Origin: a virus
Virus genome (UHGV): UHGV-0123062
Strand: one strand, 5' to 3'
Length of the DNA: 36,434 nucleotides
The position numbers and the translations under genes were made by a program. Positions 15,473 to 25,097 of this stretch are shown piece by piece (positions within the stretch are counted from its first letter, which is position 1; every line of letters starts with the position of its first letter). The notes under the pieces were generated by a model. That model had not been told where the DNA came from. It searched no databases and saw nothing but the letters and a program-made list of their open reading frames with translations.

Positions 15473-16309
15473 ATGGCTAATGAAAAAAAGACATCCCGCA
15501 AAAAGTTTCGCGTGGCTGTCTCCGGATCAACTGTTGATGGCCGCGAAATCAGCCCGGTACATCTGCGTGAAGCCGCCGAGAACTTCAACCCGGATGTTTA
15601 CGCTGCCCGCGTGAACGTTGAGCACTATCTCTCGCCATGCCCGTCAAGCGAATTTTCCGCAATGGGCGATGTCACCGCGCTGAGTACGGAAGATATTACG
15701 GAAGGCCCGCTGGCCGGACGTACTGCGCTGTATGCAGAAATCGAACCGACCGAGCGCATGAAGCAGCTTGTCGCTGACGGCAAGAAAATCTATTCCAGTA
15801 TCGAACTGCACCCGCAGTTCTCCGTTAACGGGCGCGCCTATCTGGTCGGGCTGGCGATGACCGACACCCCGGCAAGCCTGGGCACTGAGCGCCTGAAATT
15901 CACGGCACAGCAACGTCAGGCGGTGATGACGTTCAACAGTATCCAGGGTGAAGCGCCGCTTATCTCCGAAGCCATTGAGTCTGAAATCATCGAAATGGCA
16001 GAACAACGCCAGGAAGAAGGCACCCAGTGGTTTAACCGCGTAATGGGGATTATTGGCCGTGGCCGCAAAGCGGATGACGCCAGTTTTTCCCGTATTCAGG
16101 AAGCGGTGGAAGGCGTCGCAACGTCACAGGCCGACATTATCGACCGTTTTAATGTGCTGGAAGCCCGCCATAAGCAGGACCGTCAGAAAATCACGTCACT
16201 GACCACAGAGCTGACAGCACTGAAGGAAAAACTGCGCACGCAGGACGGCGATCCACAGAACCGGTTCACCGCAACGGGCGCAGCCTCCGATCAGCTGGCT
16301 GACTTCTGA
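15473..16309 (+). CDS. O: Capsid scaffolding protein (P2 O-like)
   Basis: Start at ATG 15473 with GAGGGG RBS (listed ORF begins at 15440 without an RBS); N-terminal region resembles P2 O as recalled. Confidence 0.85.
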   Translation: MANEKKTSRKKFRVAVSGSTVDGREISPVHLREAAENFNPDVYAARVNVEHYLSPCPSSEFSAMGDVTALSTEDITEGPLAGRTALYAEIEPTERMKQLVADGKKIYSSIELHPQFSVNGRAYLVGLAMTDTPASLGTERLKFTAQQRQAVMTFNSIQGEAPLISEAIESEIIEMAEQRQEEGTQWFNRVMGIIGRGRKADDASFSRIQEAVEGVATSQADIIDRFNVLEARHKQDRQKITSLTTELTALKEKLRTQDGDPQNRFTATGAASDQLADF

Positions 16310-16332
16310 TAAGACAAAGGAGCAAATTTTTT

Positions 16333-17385
16333 ATGAATCTGGTGATGTCAGATAATGCCCGTAACAAGCTGGGCTGCTACATGACGCAGCAGGCGTCGCT
16401 TAACAATATCCCGGTTTCTGCGCTGGTATCGCGATTTACCGTCAATCCATCGGTACAACAGCGTTTTGAAAACGCTTCAAAGGAAAGTACCGAATTTACG
16501 AAAAGAATTAATGTAATCGGTGTAACTGACCAGAAAGGCGAAAAAGTTCTCCTGGACACCACCGGGCCGATTGCGCGCACGAATACCAGTTATGACGGCA
16601 CAGATCGCCGTAATCCGATTAACGCTGTCGATATGAAGGCTCGTCAGTACCAGTGTGAACAGGTGAACTACGACACGTTTATTTCGTACCCGAAGCTTGA
16701 TGCCTGGGCGGCTCACAGCGATTTTCAGTCGCGCATCAGCACACAGATTGCCCGGCAGGTGGCGCTTGACCGCATCATGATCGGCTTTAACGGCACATCA
16801 CACGCGGAAAAATCCAATTTCAGCACCAACAAGCTGCTTCAGGACGTTAACGTGGGCTGGCTGGAGCACATCAGAACCGATGCCAGCGAGCGCGTAATGA
16901 ATGACGTGACGCTGACCTCCCGCAACATGGACAACACTGTGGCGCACGCGGGTAAGTATGCGAATGCCGATGCTCTGGTACAGGATGCGCGCTCATCCCT
17001 GCTGGATGAATGGCACAAGGAAGCTGACGACCTCGTGGTGATTATGGGGCGCAACCTGTTTAACTCGCTGCGTCTGCCCGTGCTGAACAGCATCAGCGGC
17101 CAGAATCCCAATGCGGAATTACTTGCCGGACAGCTCATCCTGTCATCGCGCGCCATTGGCGGACTGGATGTATTCCTTGCGCCGTTCTTCCCGGATTCAA
17201 CGATGCTGATCACCTCGTTCAACAACCTGTCGATTTACTGGCAGAAAGGTTCAATGCGTCGCCTGATGAAAGACGAGCCGGAATACAACCGCATCGCCAC
17301 CTACCAGTCCATCAATGACGCTTATGTCGTTGAAGACTATGGCAAGTGCGCGATGATCACTGGCCTGAAGTTCGCCGACAGCTAA
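16333..17385 (+). CDS. N: Major capsid protein (P2 N-like)
   Basis: 350 aa; AAGGAG RBS; follows O. Confidence 0.85.
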   Translation: MNLVMSDNARNKLGCYMTQQASLNNIPVSALVSRFTVNPSVQQRFENASKESTEFTKRINVIGVTDQKGEKVLLDTTGPIARTNTSYDGTDRRNPINAVDMKARQYQCEQVNYDTFISYPKLDAWAAHSDFQSRISTQIARQVALDRIMIGFNGTSHAEKSNFSTNKLLQDVNVGWLEHIRTDASERVMNDVTLTSRNMDNTVAHAGKYANADALVQDARSSLLDEWHKEADDLVVIMGRNLFNSLRLPVLNSISGQNPNAELLAGQLILSSRAIGGLDVFLAPFFPDSTMLITSFNNLSIYWQKGSMRRLMKDEPEYNRIATYQSINDAYVVEDYGKCAMITGLKFADS

Positions 17386-17430
17386 TCAACTCACGGCGGG
17401 CATCATGCCCGCCTGTAACGGAGAGAAAAA

Positions 17431-18231
17431 ATGATTACTCCTGCACAACAACACTGGCAGAACGTGATGGCACAGCGCGCAGGCCGGGCGAATGAAGGTG
17501 TGGACCACGCCGCGCGTACCGCGCATGAAGAGGTGCTGTATCGTCTGCGTCTGGCACAGGCCAGGCTAAAGGGCGTACAGGCCAGAAGCGCGAAAGCCGC
17601 CATCAAAAAAGAGTTGTTGCCGGACTTTTCCGGCTGGATTGAGGGAACGCTGGAGACTGACGGCGGGCAACAGGACGAAGTAATTGCCACGCTGATGGTG
17701 TGGGCGATTGACTGCGGCGATCTTCCGCTGGCGCTGCGTATTGGTGCATATATGGTCCGTCACAACCTCATCATGCCGGATAACTTTGGCCGTACTGCTG
17801 CCACGGTACTGACCGAAGAAATCTGCAACCCGGTACTGACGCAGGCCGGGACGGATGCCGACGCGGATTTATCCGCCTTTATCGAACCACTGGACACACT
17901 TTGGGAAATTGTCGCCAACCAGGACATGCCGGACGAAGTGCGCGCCAAATTATGCAAGGCGTGTGCCTTTGCCCGTCGTGGCCTGACCGATGCAGACAAC
18001 ATGGCCTCATCACTGAAGCTGCTGCGCGAAGCGATGCACCTGAACCCGAACGCAGGTGTGAAACGCGAGATTGCAACCCTTTCCCGCGCCCTGAAAAAAG
18101 CCGATTCCGCAGCCGCACCTGAAGACGCCAGCGCACAGCAGACGCAGGACGAAAGCAGCAAAAGTAAAAAGACAACGCAGAAGCCTGCAACACGAAAAAC
18201 CACCGCGACGCAGAAGGCAAAGCGCGGTTAA
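17431..18231 (+). CDS. M: Terminase small subunit (P2 M-like)
   Basis: 266 aa; GGAG RBS; position after N. Confidence 0.8.
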   Translation: MITPAQQHWQNVMAQRAGRANEGVDHAARTAHEEVLYRLRLAQARLKGVQARSAKAAIKKELLPDFSGWIEGTLETDGGQQDEVIATLMVWAIDCGDLPLALRIGAYMVRHNLIMPDNFGRTAATVLTEEICNPVLTQAGTDADADLSAFIEPLDTLWEIVANQDMPDEVRAKLCKACAFARRGLTDADNMASSLKLLREAMHLNPNAGVKREIATLSRALKKADSAAAPEDASAQQTQDESSKSKKTTQKPATRKTTATQKAKRG

Positions 18232-18332
18232 CGACTGACCCCGTCAGCGGGCGGCGTGCGCGGTGTTCCGGTTTGACTCCGTGACCGTTTACACCGCGCA
18301 CCCACCGCCCGATTTTTTCAGGAGTGAACCCC

Positions 18333-18827
18333 ATGAGTATGGTTGCCAGAACTAACCCCGGCCCCGCAGAGGACGACATCACCGACACCGATGATGGCGA
18401 TACCCGTATTTCAGCGGGTGCATTCTGGCCGGATATTGTGCTGCGCGAGCTGCGTCTGGCGGTACGACTGCCGGGCCGCGTGACCACCTCCCGCCTGCTG
18501 CATACCGCCACCGGGGCCATAGCACACGTTACCCGCGAGCTGGAAGCATGGCAGCAGGAACAACAGGCGGCTGGCTATCAGACGCTGGCCGATGTTCCGG
18601 CCCCTGTAATTAACGGAGAAAGCGTCAATCTCTGGCACTGGCGCAATGCTGTTTATACCGCCACACGCGCCCTGATTCTGGAGCGTTACCGCGATGCGGA
18701 CACAACGGACAAGGGCGACCGCCGGGCGGACGCACTGGATATACAGACATCGGATTTGTGGCGCGATGTGAGCTGGGCCATCTCTGACATTCTGGGACGA
18801 CCGCGAATGTTTGCGGAGCTGTGCTGA
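18333..18827 (+). CDS. L: Head completion/stabilisation protein (P2 L-like)
   Basis: Start at ATG 18333 with AGGAG RBS (listed ORF begins at GTG 18324); position after M. Confidence 0.8.
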   Translation: MSMVARTNPGPAEDDITDTDDGDTRISAGAFWPDIVLRELRLAVRLPGRVTTSRLLHTATGAIAHVTRELEAWQQEQQAAGYQTLADVPAPVINGESVNLWHWRNAVYTATRALILERYRDADTTDKGDRRADALDIQTSDLWRDVSWAISDILGRPRMFAELC

Positions 18828-19027
18828 TGAAAGTGAAGGCACTGGAAGGCGACACCGTGGATTCGCTCTGTTTCCGGTACTACGGCACGACACAGGGCGT
18901 CACCGAAAAGGTGCTGGATGCCAACCCCGGACTCTGTCAGCAGGTATTTCTGGACGCCGGGCAGGAAGTGGAGATGCCGGAGCCGGAGAAGAAGAAACGA
19001 GAAATGATTCAGTTGTGGGGGGAGTAG
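18827..19027 (+). CDS. X: Small tail protein (P2 X-like)
   Basis: 66 aa; ATG overlaps the L stop (TGATG). Confidence 0.7.
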   Translation: MKVKALEGDTVDSLCFRYYGTTQGVTEKVLDANPGLCQQVFLDAGQEVEMPEPEKKKREMIQLWGE

Positions 19028-19029
19028 CA

Positions 19030-19353
19030 GTGAGCACCATTCAAACAGGGATCACAGAGCAGGTTATTGCGTGGCTCTTTGACCACCTGCCAACGGTGTA
19101 TGCAGTAGGCGCGGCGGTCAGCATTTCCGCGCTGATGAGTCTTTATGACGGACGAACACTGGTTCAGACCGTAACGGGATCGCTGGCGTGCGGCGTTCTT
19201 GCCATGGCCGTGGCCGGGTCGCTGCGCTTCTTCGGGATCCCTGAGGATGCAGTGACGTTTTTTGGTGCCTCAATCGGTTTTATGGGCGCAGAGAAAGCAC
19301 GCGACAAGGTTATTGCAATATTTGATCGCAGGGTGAAGGAGAGGAACGAATGA
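19030..19353 (+). CDS. Holin
   Basis: GTG start with GGGGGAG RBS; three hydrophobic TM-like segments; immediately upstream of the endolysin with an overlapping stop. Confidence 0.65.
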   Translation: MSTIQTGITEQVIAWLFDHLPTVYAVGAAVSISALMSLYDGRTLVQTVTGSLACGVLAMAVAGSLRFFGIPEDAVTFFGASIGFMGAEKARDKVIAIFDRRVKERNE

Positions 19354-19742
19354 GCAACACATTTAAATTCAGCAGCCGGAGCGAAAAGAATTTGCAGGGT
19401 GTAAATCCTGATCTGGTGAAAGTGACCCGACGGGCGCTGGAAATCTCGGAAGTGGATTTTGGTATCACCGAAGGATTGCGCAGTCGTTATCGTCAGAAGC
19501 AGCTCGTGACCACAGGCAAGAGCCAGACCATGAACAGTCGCCATCTCACAGGGCATGCCGTGGATGTTGTGGCTTATGTCGGCAACCAGGTGTCATGGGA
19601 ATGGCCGCTGTACGAAAAAATCGCAGCAGCATTCAGACAGGCCAGCCAGGAACTGAATATTCCGGTGGAATGGGGCGGCGACTGGAAGACCCTGAAAGAC
19701 GGACCGCATTTTCAGTTACCACACGGAGCCTATCCGGCATGA
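19350..19742 (+). CDS. Endolysin, peptidase M15-type
   Basis: 130 aa with SRHLTGHAVDV and EWGGDW motifs of M15 zinc peptidases; GAAGGAGAGG RBS. Confidence 0.8.
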   Translation: MSNTFKFSSRSEKNLQGVNPDLVKVTRRALEISEVDFGITEGLRSRYRQKQLVTTGKSQTMNSRHLTGHAVDVVAYVGNQVSWEWPLYEKIAAAFRQASQELNIPVEWGGDWKTLKDGPHFQLPHGAYPA

Positions 19743-20134
19743 AGCTCTGGCCCACGCTTGGCGTCGCTTTCCTTCTGATTACATCCATGCGTCTGTCGTG
19801 GTCGCTGGGCCGGGAGAACGCCAGAAACGAAGCGCAGGCCAGCACCCTGAAAAGTACCGTCGACACACTGAATATCATCAGCGCCGGGGTACAGGATATG
19901 CAGCAGGTGCTGGCTCAGCTCCGCGCGGAAAATCAGCAACGCAATCAGGACGGAGAGGTAAGACGTGAACAGCTACGCAACGATATTGCAAAAGATGAAT
20001 GCGCCCACGCTTTGCCTGACGCTCGTTTTACTGACAGGTTGCGCAGGCACGCAGAACGCGCCAGGGCCAGCGCCGTCAGTCCGGCTTATACCGCAGACGC
20101 TGACCATGCCGGTAACGCCTCCCCCCTTCCCTGA
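19739..20134 (+). CDS. lysB: i-spanin (Rz / LysB-like)
   Basis: N-terminal TM segment (LWPTLGVAFLLITS), charged coiled-coil-like middle; ATGA overlap with the endolysin. Confidence 0.65.
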   Translation: MKLWPTLGVAFLLITSMRLSWSLGRENARNEAQASTLKSTVDTLNIISAGVQDMQQVLAQLRAENQQRNQDGEVRREQLRNDIAKDECAHALPDARFTDRLRRHAERARASAVSPAYTADADHAGNASPLP

Positions 20135-20276
20135 CCCACCCACATGGGGAAACCTCGGAATATGGGGCGACCGCCTTCTGGATGCACTGGAAACCTGTAA
20201 CGCGGATAAACGGGCCATTGCTGAACTGGATAAGAGAATAGCCGAACTGACACACCAGACGGGAGTAACACAATGA
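19995..20276 (+). CDS. lysC: o-spanin lipoprotein (Rz1 / LysC-like), embedded in +1 frame of the i-spanin gene
   Basis: Lipobox LLTGCAG, Pro-rich body; overlaps lysB out of frame; the listed ORF begins at GTG 19965. Confidence 0.6.
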   Translation: MNAPTLCLTLVLLTGCAGTQNAPGPAPSVRLIPQTLTMPVTPPPFPDPPTWGNLGIWGDRLLDALETCNADKRAIAELDKRIAELTHQTGVTQ

Positions 20277-22153
20277 CCAGTAAGAACTTTGCACTGATTA
20301 CAGCCATGACACAGGCTGAACTGACTCAAAAGGTGAATGAACATCTTGCGAAAGGGTGGCATCTTCAGGGGGAGACGCGGGTTGCCTACGAACCCGGCAC
20401 CCCGTGGTATCTAATGCAGGCAATGGTGGCCGATGGCACTACAGACATCTCACCTGATTCCCCCCAGCACGGCAGCGTGCCGGAGTGGTATTACGTGGTG
20501 GTACTTGCTGGTCAATCCAATGCCATGTCATATGGTGAGGGAATGCCGCTGCCGGATTCTTACGATGCGCCCCACCCACGCATTAAGCAACTGGCCCGTC
20601 GCAACACAGTGACTCCCGGTGGTAAAGCATGCGCATTTAACGACATCATTCCGGCAGACCACTGCCTGCATGATGTTCAGGATATGAGCGCACTGAATCA
20701 TCCGAAGGCAGACCTGAGCAAAGGGCAGTACGGCTGTGTCGGCCAGGGCTTACATATTGCCAAAAAACTGCTTCCGTATATCCCGAATAACGCGGGGATC
20801 CTGCTGGTACCATGCTGTCGTGGTGGTTCGGCATTCACCCAGGGCGCGGAGGGGACATTCAGTGCGGACACGGGGGCCAGCCAGGATTCGGCACGCTGGG
20901 GTGTGGGTAAACCGTTATATCAGGACCTGATCGCACGCACCAAAGCGGCATTACAGAAGAACCCGAAAAATGTGTTGCTGGCGGTGTGCTGGATGCAGGG
21001 CGAATTTGACATGAGCGCTGCCACCTACGCACAGCAACCGGACCTGTTCACGGCCATGCTGAAGCAGTTCCGTACTGACCTTTCCGGATTTAACGCGCAG
21101 TGCCATGGCGGCAGTGCTGCAGTTGTACCGTGGATTTGTGGCGACACGACGTATTACTGGAAAAACACATACGGCACACAGTATGACTCCGTCTACGGCG
21201 CGTACAAAAACAGGGAGAGCGACAACGTTTTCTTTGTGCCGTTCATGACCGACGGTAACGGCAACAACACGCCCACCAACTTACCGGCAGAAGACCCGGA
21301 TATTGCTGATGCAGGTTATTACGGCGCGCAATCCCGTAGTAATGGTAATTGGGTATCATCAAACCGCCCGACACATTTCAGTTCATGGGCGCGCAGGAGC
21401 ATTATTCCGGATCGTATGGCAACCGCTATTCTGAACGCAGCCGGGCGCACCTCAGCCTTCATCAGTGGTAAGGCACCGGAAATCAAACCCTCGCCCGGCG
21501 GCGACACTCCATCGGGGCCGTCTGATGGTGACACATCCGTTCATACAGTCTCCCTGCTGCCGACAGCCGGAGAGGCTGCTGCGCAGGGCTGGACCATCAC
21601 CGGCGGCAGTGTTGCGCTGGAAGATGGTGTGTTTAAGGTTACCAAGCAGAGCAATAAAACCTGGTCCCTGATGCATCCGGTGGATGACGCAGTCTCCCTG
21701 CTGACACGGGGTGGCAGACTGAGCTGTAAGTTTCGACTGTCAGGCGCACTGACCAACAACCAGTTCGGTCTGGGAATTTATCTGTATACCGATGTAGCGT
21801 TACCTGACGTCGTGGCGATGACCGGGACTGGTAACCCGTTCCTGATGTCGTTCTTCACCCAGACCACAGGCGGCAAACTGAATCTGATGCATCACAAGAA
21901 AGCCGGAAACACAAAGTTGGGCGAGTTCGGGAATTACAGTAACGACTGGCAGACGCTGGAGCTGGTGTTCACCGCCGGCAGTGCCACGGTTACTCCGAAA
22001 CTGAATGGAGTGGCTGGCCCGGCATTCCAGGTCATAAAAGACAGTCTGACACTGGGGCTGAATGCGCTGACGTTAACTGATATCACTAAAAATGCCGCGT
22101 ACGGCGTCGATATCGGCAGCCTGGTGCTGGAAATCAATAATCCCGCAGCATAA
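20273..22153 (+). CDS. NanS-p-like SGNH/SASA esterase with N-terminal DUF1737-like region and C-terminal beta-sandwich-like domain
   Basis: 626 aa; GQSNAMS catalytic-serine motif as in sialate O-acetylesterases; Pro/Gly-rich linker (PEIKPSPGGDTPSGPSDGD); inserted between lysis genes and R. Confidence 0.7.
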   Translation: MTSKNFALITAMTQAELTQKVNEHLAKGWHLQGETRVAYEPGTPWYLMQAMVADGTTDISPDSPQHGSVPEWYYVVVLAGQSNAMSYGEGMPLPDSYDAPHPRIKQLARRNTVTPGGKACAFNDIIPADHCLHDVQDMSALNHPKADLSKGQYGCVGQGLHIAKKLLPYIPNNAGILLVPCCRGGSAFTQGAEGTFSADTGASQDSARWGVGKPLYQDLIARTKAALQKNPKNVLLAVCWMQGEFDMSAATYAQQPDLFTAMLKQFRTDLSGFNAQCHGGSAAVVPWICGDTTYYWKNTYGTQYDSVYGAYKNRESDNVFFVPFMTDGNGNNTPTNLPAEDPDIADAGYYGAQSRSNGNWVSSNRPTHFSSWARRSIIPDRMATAILNAAGRTSAFISGKAPEIKPSPGGDTPSGPSDGDTSVHTVSLLPTAGEAAAQGWTITGGSVALEDGVFKVTKQSNKTWSLMHPVDDAVSLLTRGGRLSCKFRLSGALTNNQFGLGIYLYTDVALPDVVAMTGTGNPFLMSFFTQTTGGKLNLMHHKKAGNTKLGEFGNYSNDWQTLELVFTAGSATVTPKLNGVAGPAFQVIKDSLTLGLNALTLTDITKNAAYGVDIGSLVLEINNPAA

Positions 22154-22176
22154 GGAAGAGCAGGAGAGCAAAACAG

Positions 22177-22644
22177 ATGCTTAAGACAAACAGTCTGCGA
22201 GAGTCCATGCTTCATGGGTGTCGGTGGTGCCAGGCTAATCCCGAGAAATTCACCATTTTCGTGGAGAGCGGCAACATTGAAACGACCGGGGAAACGCCCT
22301 CGTTTGTTTACCGCTATCAGATGGTGATGTTTGTCATGGATTACGCCGGAGAGCTGGACGACCTCACGCTGCCGCTGCTGGCGTGGTTATCCGAAAATCA
22401 GCCACAGTTGTTGCTCAACCCTGAGCGTAATCAGGACATCAAATTCTCCGCCGTTATCAATGACGATGACAGCGCCGATCTCCTGTTTACGCTCCCCCTG
22501 CGGGAACGCGTTCGCGTCACGCGCAGCAGTCAGGGCACACCGCAGGCAGAACACCTGCCAGAGCCAAAACCCCGCCTGCCATCTTCCGAAGGCGACTGGT
22601 CGCATATATTCCAGGATGTGACGTGGGGTGAAAGCGATGGATAA
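22177..22644 (+). CDS. R: Tail completion protein (P2 R-like)
   Basis: 155 aa; position before S. Confidence 0.8.
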   Translation: MLKTNSLRESMLHGCRWCQANPEKFTIFVESGNIETTGETPSFVYRYQMVMFVMDYAGELDDLTLPLLAWLSENQPQLLLNPERNQDIKFSAVINDDDSADLLFTLPLRERVRVTRSSQGTPQAEHLPEPKPRLPSSEGDWSHIFQDVTWGESDG

Positions 22645-23272
22645 GGCATTCACCCGCGTGGATGAAACCTTTGAGGCCATCCGCGACAGCCTGAATCAGC
22701 AGGCCATCAATAACATCGCCAGAAAGCTGGCACAGGATTTACGTCGCGCCCAGCAGGCACGTATCCGGTCACAGAAAGCGCCGGACGGGACCGCATGGAC
22801 ACCACGCAGACGCCGCGTAACCCGGATACAGGAGCGCATTCGCTTTATCTGGAATAACGAAGCACGCACGCTGAAAAACTGGCATCACGACACGGGGAAA
22901 TACGGGCGAACCATTACCGGGTGGGATGAGGATAAAAACAGCATCCGCACGTTTTACCGGGATGACATCGACCGTTTTCTGGAAATACGCACCCGGCGCA
23001 TCAACCAGGACAGCACAAAGCGCGTCCCCATGTTCGTAAAACTGCGCACCGCCCGCTACCTGAAAGCCCGTGCAGATGCCTCCGGTGTGACGGTGGGTTA
23101 CAGCGGCGTGGCCGCACGTATTGCACGCGTTCATCAGTTCGGTGAGCGCGATCAGGTTGCGCCGGGCATTTTCACCGATTACCCGGTACGTGAGCTGCTG
23201 GGTATCAGCCAGGCAGATGAGCGCCTGATTTATAACACGGTGCTGGGCCGGATTGCGGAGGCTGTACGGTGA
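22637..23272 (+). CDS. S: Tail completion protein (P2 S-like)
   Basis: ATG 22637 overlaps the R stop; listed ORF starts at GTG 22628. Confidence 0.8.
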   Translation: MDKAFTRVDETFEAIRDSLNQQAINNIARKLAQDLRRAQQARIRSQKAPDGTAWTPRRRRVTRIQERIRFIWNNEARTLKNWHHDTGKYGRTITGWDEDKNSIRTFYRDDIDRFLEIRTRRINQDSTKRVPMFVKLRTARYLKARADASGVTVGYSGVAARIARVHQFGERDQVAPGIFTDYPVRELLGISQADERLIYNTVLGRIAEAVR

Positions 23273-23850
23273 GCGCAGAACTCATGCGACTGCTGAGCAA
23301 CATCATCCGCACCGGGATCATCTCTGAAGTTGATGAGAAGTCCTGGCGCGTGCGCGTTCGCAGCGGCGAACTGGAAACAGGCTGGTTGCGCTGGAACACC
23401 ACGCGCGCGGGAGCCTTCAATGTGTGGCTGCCGCCATCACCAGGCGAACAGGTGGTAATTGCCTGCATTGGCGGCAACCCGGAAACCGCCATGATAATTG
23501 GCAGCCTGTGGAGTGATGCCAGTCCGGCCCCCGGCAAAAGCCTGAAAGAAATCGTGGTCAGCGCGCCGGATGGCGCGGTGTTCCGCTACGACGCAGACGC
23601 TGGCGCACTGAGCGCCAGCGGCATGAAAACAGCCACCCTGCAGGCATCCGTCAGCGTGACACTGGATACGCCCGTCGTGGAATGCACAAACCTTCTGAGA
23701 ACAGCGACGCTTGACGTCACAAAAGGGGGAAAGATGAGCGGCAATATCACGCACAGCGGCGGCAATTTCACCTCAAACGGTATCACAGTGCATACGCATA
23801 AACACGGTGGCGTTAAAGGTGGCAGCGATTCGACAGGAGGCCCGCAGTGA
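23269..23850 (+). CDS. V: Baseplate spike protein (P2 V-like)
   Basis: GTG start overlapping the S stop; C-terminal HTHKHGG motif as in P2 V. Confidence 0.85.
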   Translation: MSAELMRLLSNIIRTGIISEVDEKSWRVRVRSGELETGWLRWNTTRAGAFNVWLPPSPGEQVVIACIGGNPETAMIIGSLWSDASPAPGKSLKEIVVSAPDGAVFRYDADAGALSASGMKTATLQASVSVTLDTPVVECTNLLRTATLDVTKGGKMSGNITHSGGNFTSNGITVHTHKHGGVKGGSDSTGGPQ

Positions 23851-24197
23851 CAACCCGCTACACAGGAATGAATCCGGACGGGACGGGAAACCTGAACGAT
23901 ACGGAGCACCTGAAACAGTCAGTCAGGGACATCCTGACCACCCCGCTGGCCAGCCGGGTTATGCGACGGGAATATGGCAGCCTTGTACCTGATTTGATTG
24001 ACGAACCCATGAATAACACCACGCGTCTGCAATGCATGAGTGCTGCCGTGATTGCGCTGACACGATGGGAACCCCGCATTGCCCTGGACGCCATCGACGT
24101 TGTCTGGAAGGCAGGAGGCCGCGCCGGGGTGACGCTGTCGGGCACTGTCATGCAGACCATGCAGAATGTTGAGTTAACCATCACGCTGAGGGAGTAA
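23847..24197 (+). CDS. W: Baseplate wedge protein (P2 W-like)
   Basis: 116 aa; GTG start with GGAGG RBS, overlapping the V stop. Confidence 0.85.
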   Translation: MTTRYTGMNPDGTGNLNDTEHLKQSVRDILTTPLASRVMRREYGSLVPDLIDEPMNNTTRLQCMSAAVIALTRWEPRIALDAIDVVWKAGGRAGVTLSGTVMQTMQNVELTITLRE

Positions 24198-24200
24198 ATC

Positions 24201-25097
24201 ATGCCTGCTGTTGACCTTTCCCAGTTACCGGAACCCGCCATCATCGCGAAGCCTGATTTTGAGGCAATTCTGGCTGACACAAAGGCCATGATGATTGCGT
24301 CCTATCCTGCCGAACAGCGTGAAGCCGTCTCCGCCGCGCTGGAGCTGGAATCGGAACCCCTGAACGTTATCGCTCAAACCATGTCTTTTCGTGAAATGCT
24401 GTTACGCCAGCGGGTCAATGAGGGGGCACGCGCCTGCATGTTAAGCCACAGCGCCGGGACAGACCTGGACAACCTCGCGGGCAATATGAACACAAAGCGC
24501 CTGGTTATCACTCCGGCAACGGATACCACCGACGCGGTGATGGAAAGCGACACATCGCTGAGACTGCGGGCGCAACGGGCGTATGACGGTCTGAGTGTTG
24601 CTGGCCCGTCAGGCGCATACGAGTATTTTGCACGCAGCGCCAGCGGTCTGGTACGCGACGCGCGAGCCATCAGCCCGTCTCCGGCCAACGTGACGGTTTC
24701 CATTCTGTCCACTGAAGGCGACGGCACAGCAACGGAGGCGTTGCTTAATACCGTTCGCGCCGCTCTGAATGCAGAGGATACCCGCCCGGTGGCCGACCGC
24801 CTGACCGTACAGAGCGCCAGAATCGTGACATGGCGGCTGAATGCAAAACTGTACTTTTACCCCGGCCCGGAATCCGAACCTATTCTGGCCGCGGCTGAAT
24901 CGTCGTTCAGGAAGTGGCTGGCTGAGCAGGGGCTTATCGGTCAGGACGTGGCGTTGTCCGCCATTGCTGCCGCACTGCATGTGCACGGTGTGCAACGCGT
25001 GGAGATAATCGAACCCACACAGAATATGGCCATCAGCGACATACAGGCGGCGCGCTGTGAGTCATTCACCATCAGCGAAGGTGGACGCAATGAGTAA
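24201..25097 (+). CDS. J: Baseplate protein (P2 J-like)
   Basis: 298 aa; GGGAG RBS. Confidence 0.85.
   Translation: MPAVDLSQLPEPAIIAKPDFEAILADTKAMMIASYPAEQREAVSAALELESEPLNVIAQTMSFREMLLRQRVNEGARACMLSHSAGTDLDNLAGNMNTKRLVITPATDTTDAVMESDTSLRLRAQRAYDGLSVAGPSGAYEYFARSASGLVRDARAISPSPANVTVSILSTEGDGTATEALLNTVRAALNAEDTRPVADRLTVQSARIVTWRLNAKLYFYPGPESEPILAAAESSFRKWLAEQGLIGQDVALSAIAAALHVHGVQRVEIIEPTQNMAISDIQAARCESFTISEGGRNE

Noticed and set aside
17403-18520. Minus-strand ORFs of 65-213 aa across the M and L genes
   Set aside because: Antisense to the capsid operon; compositionally biased translations.
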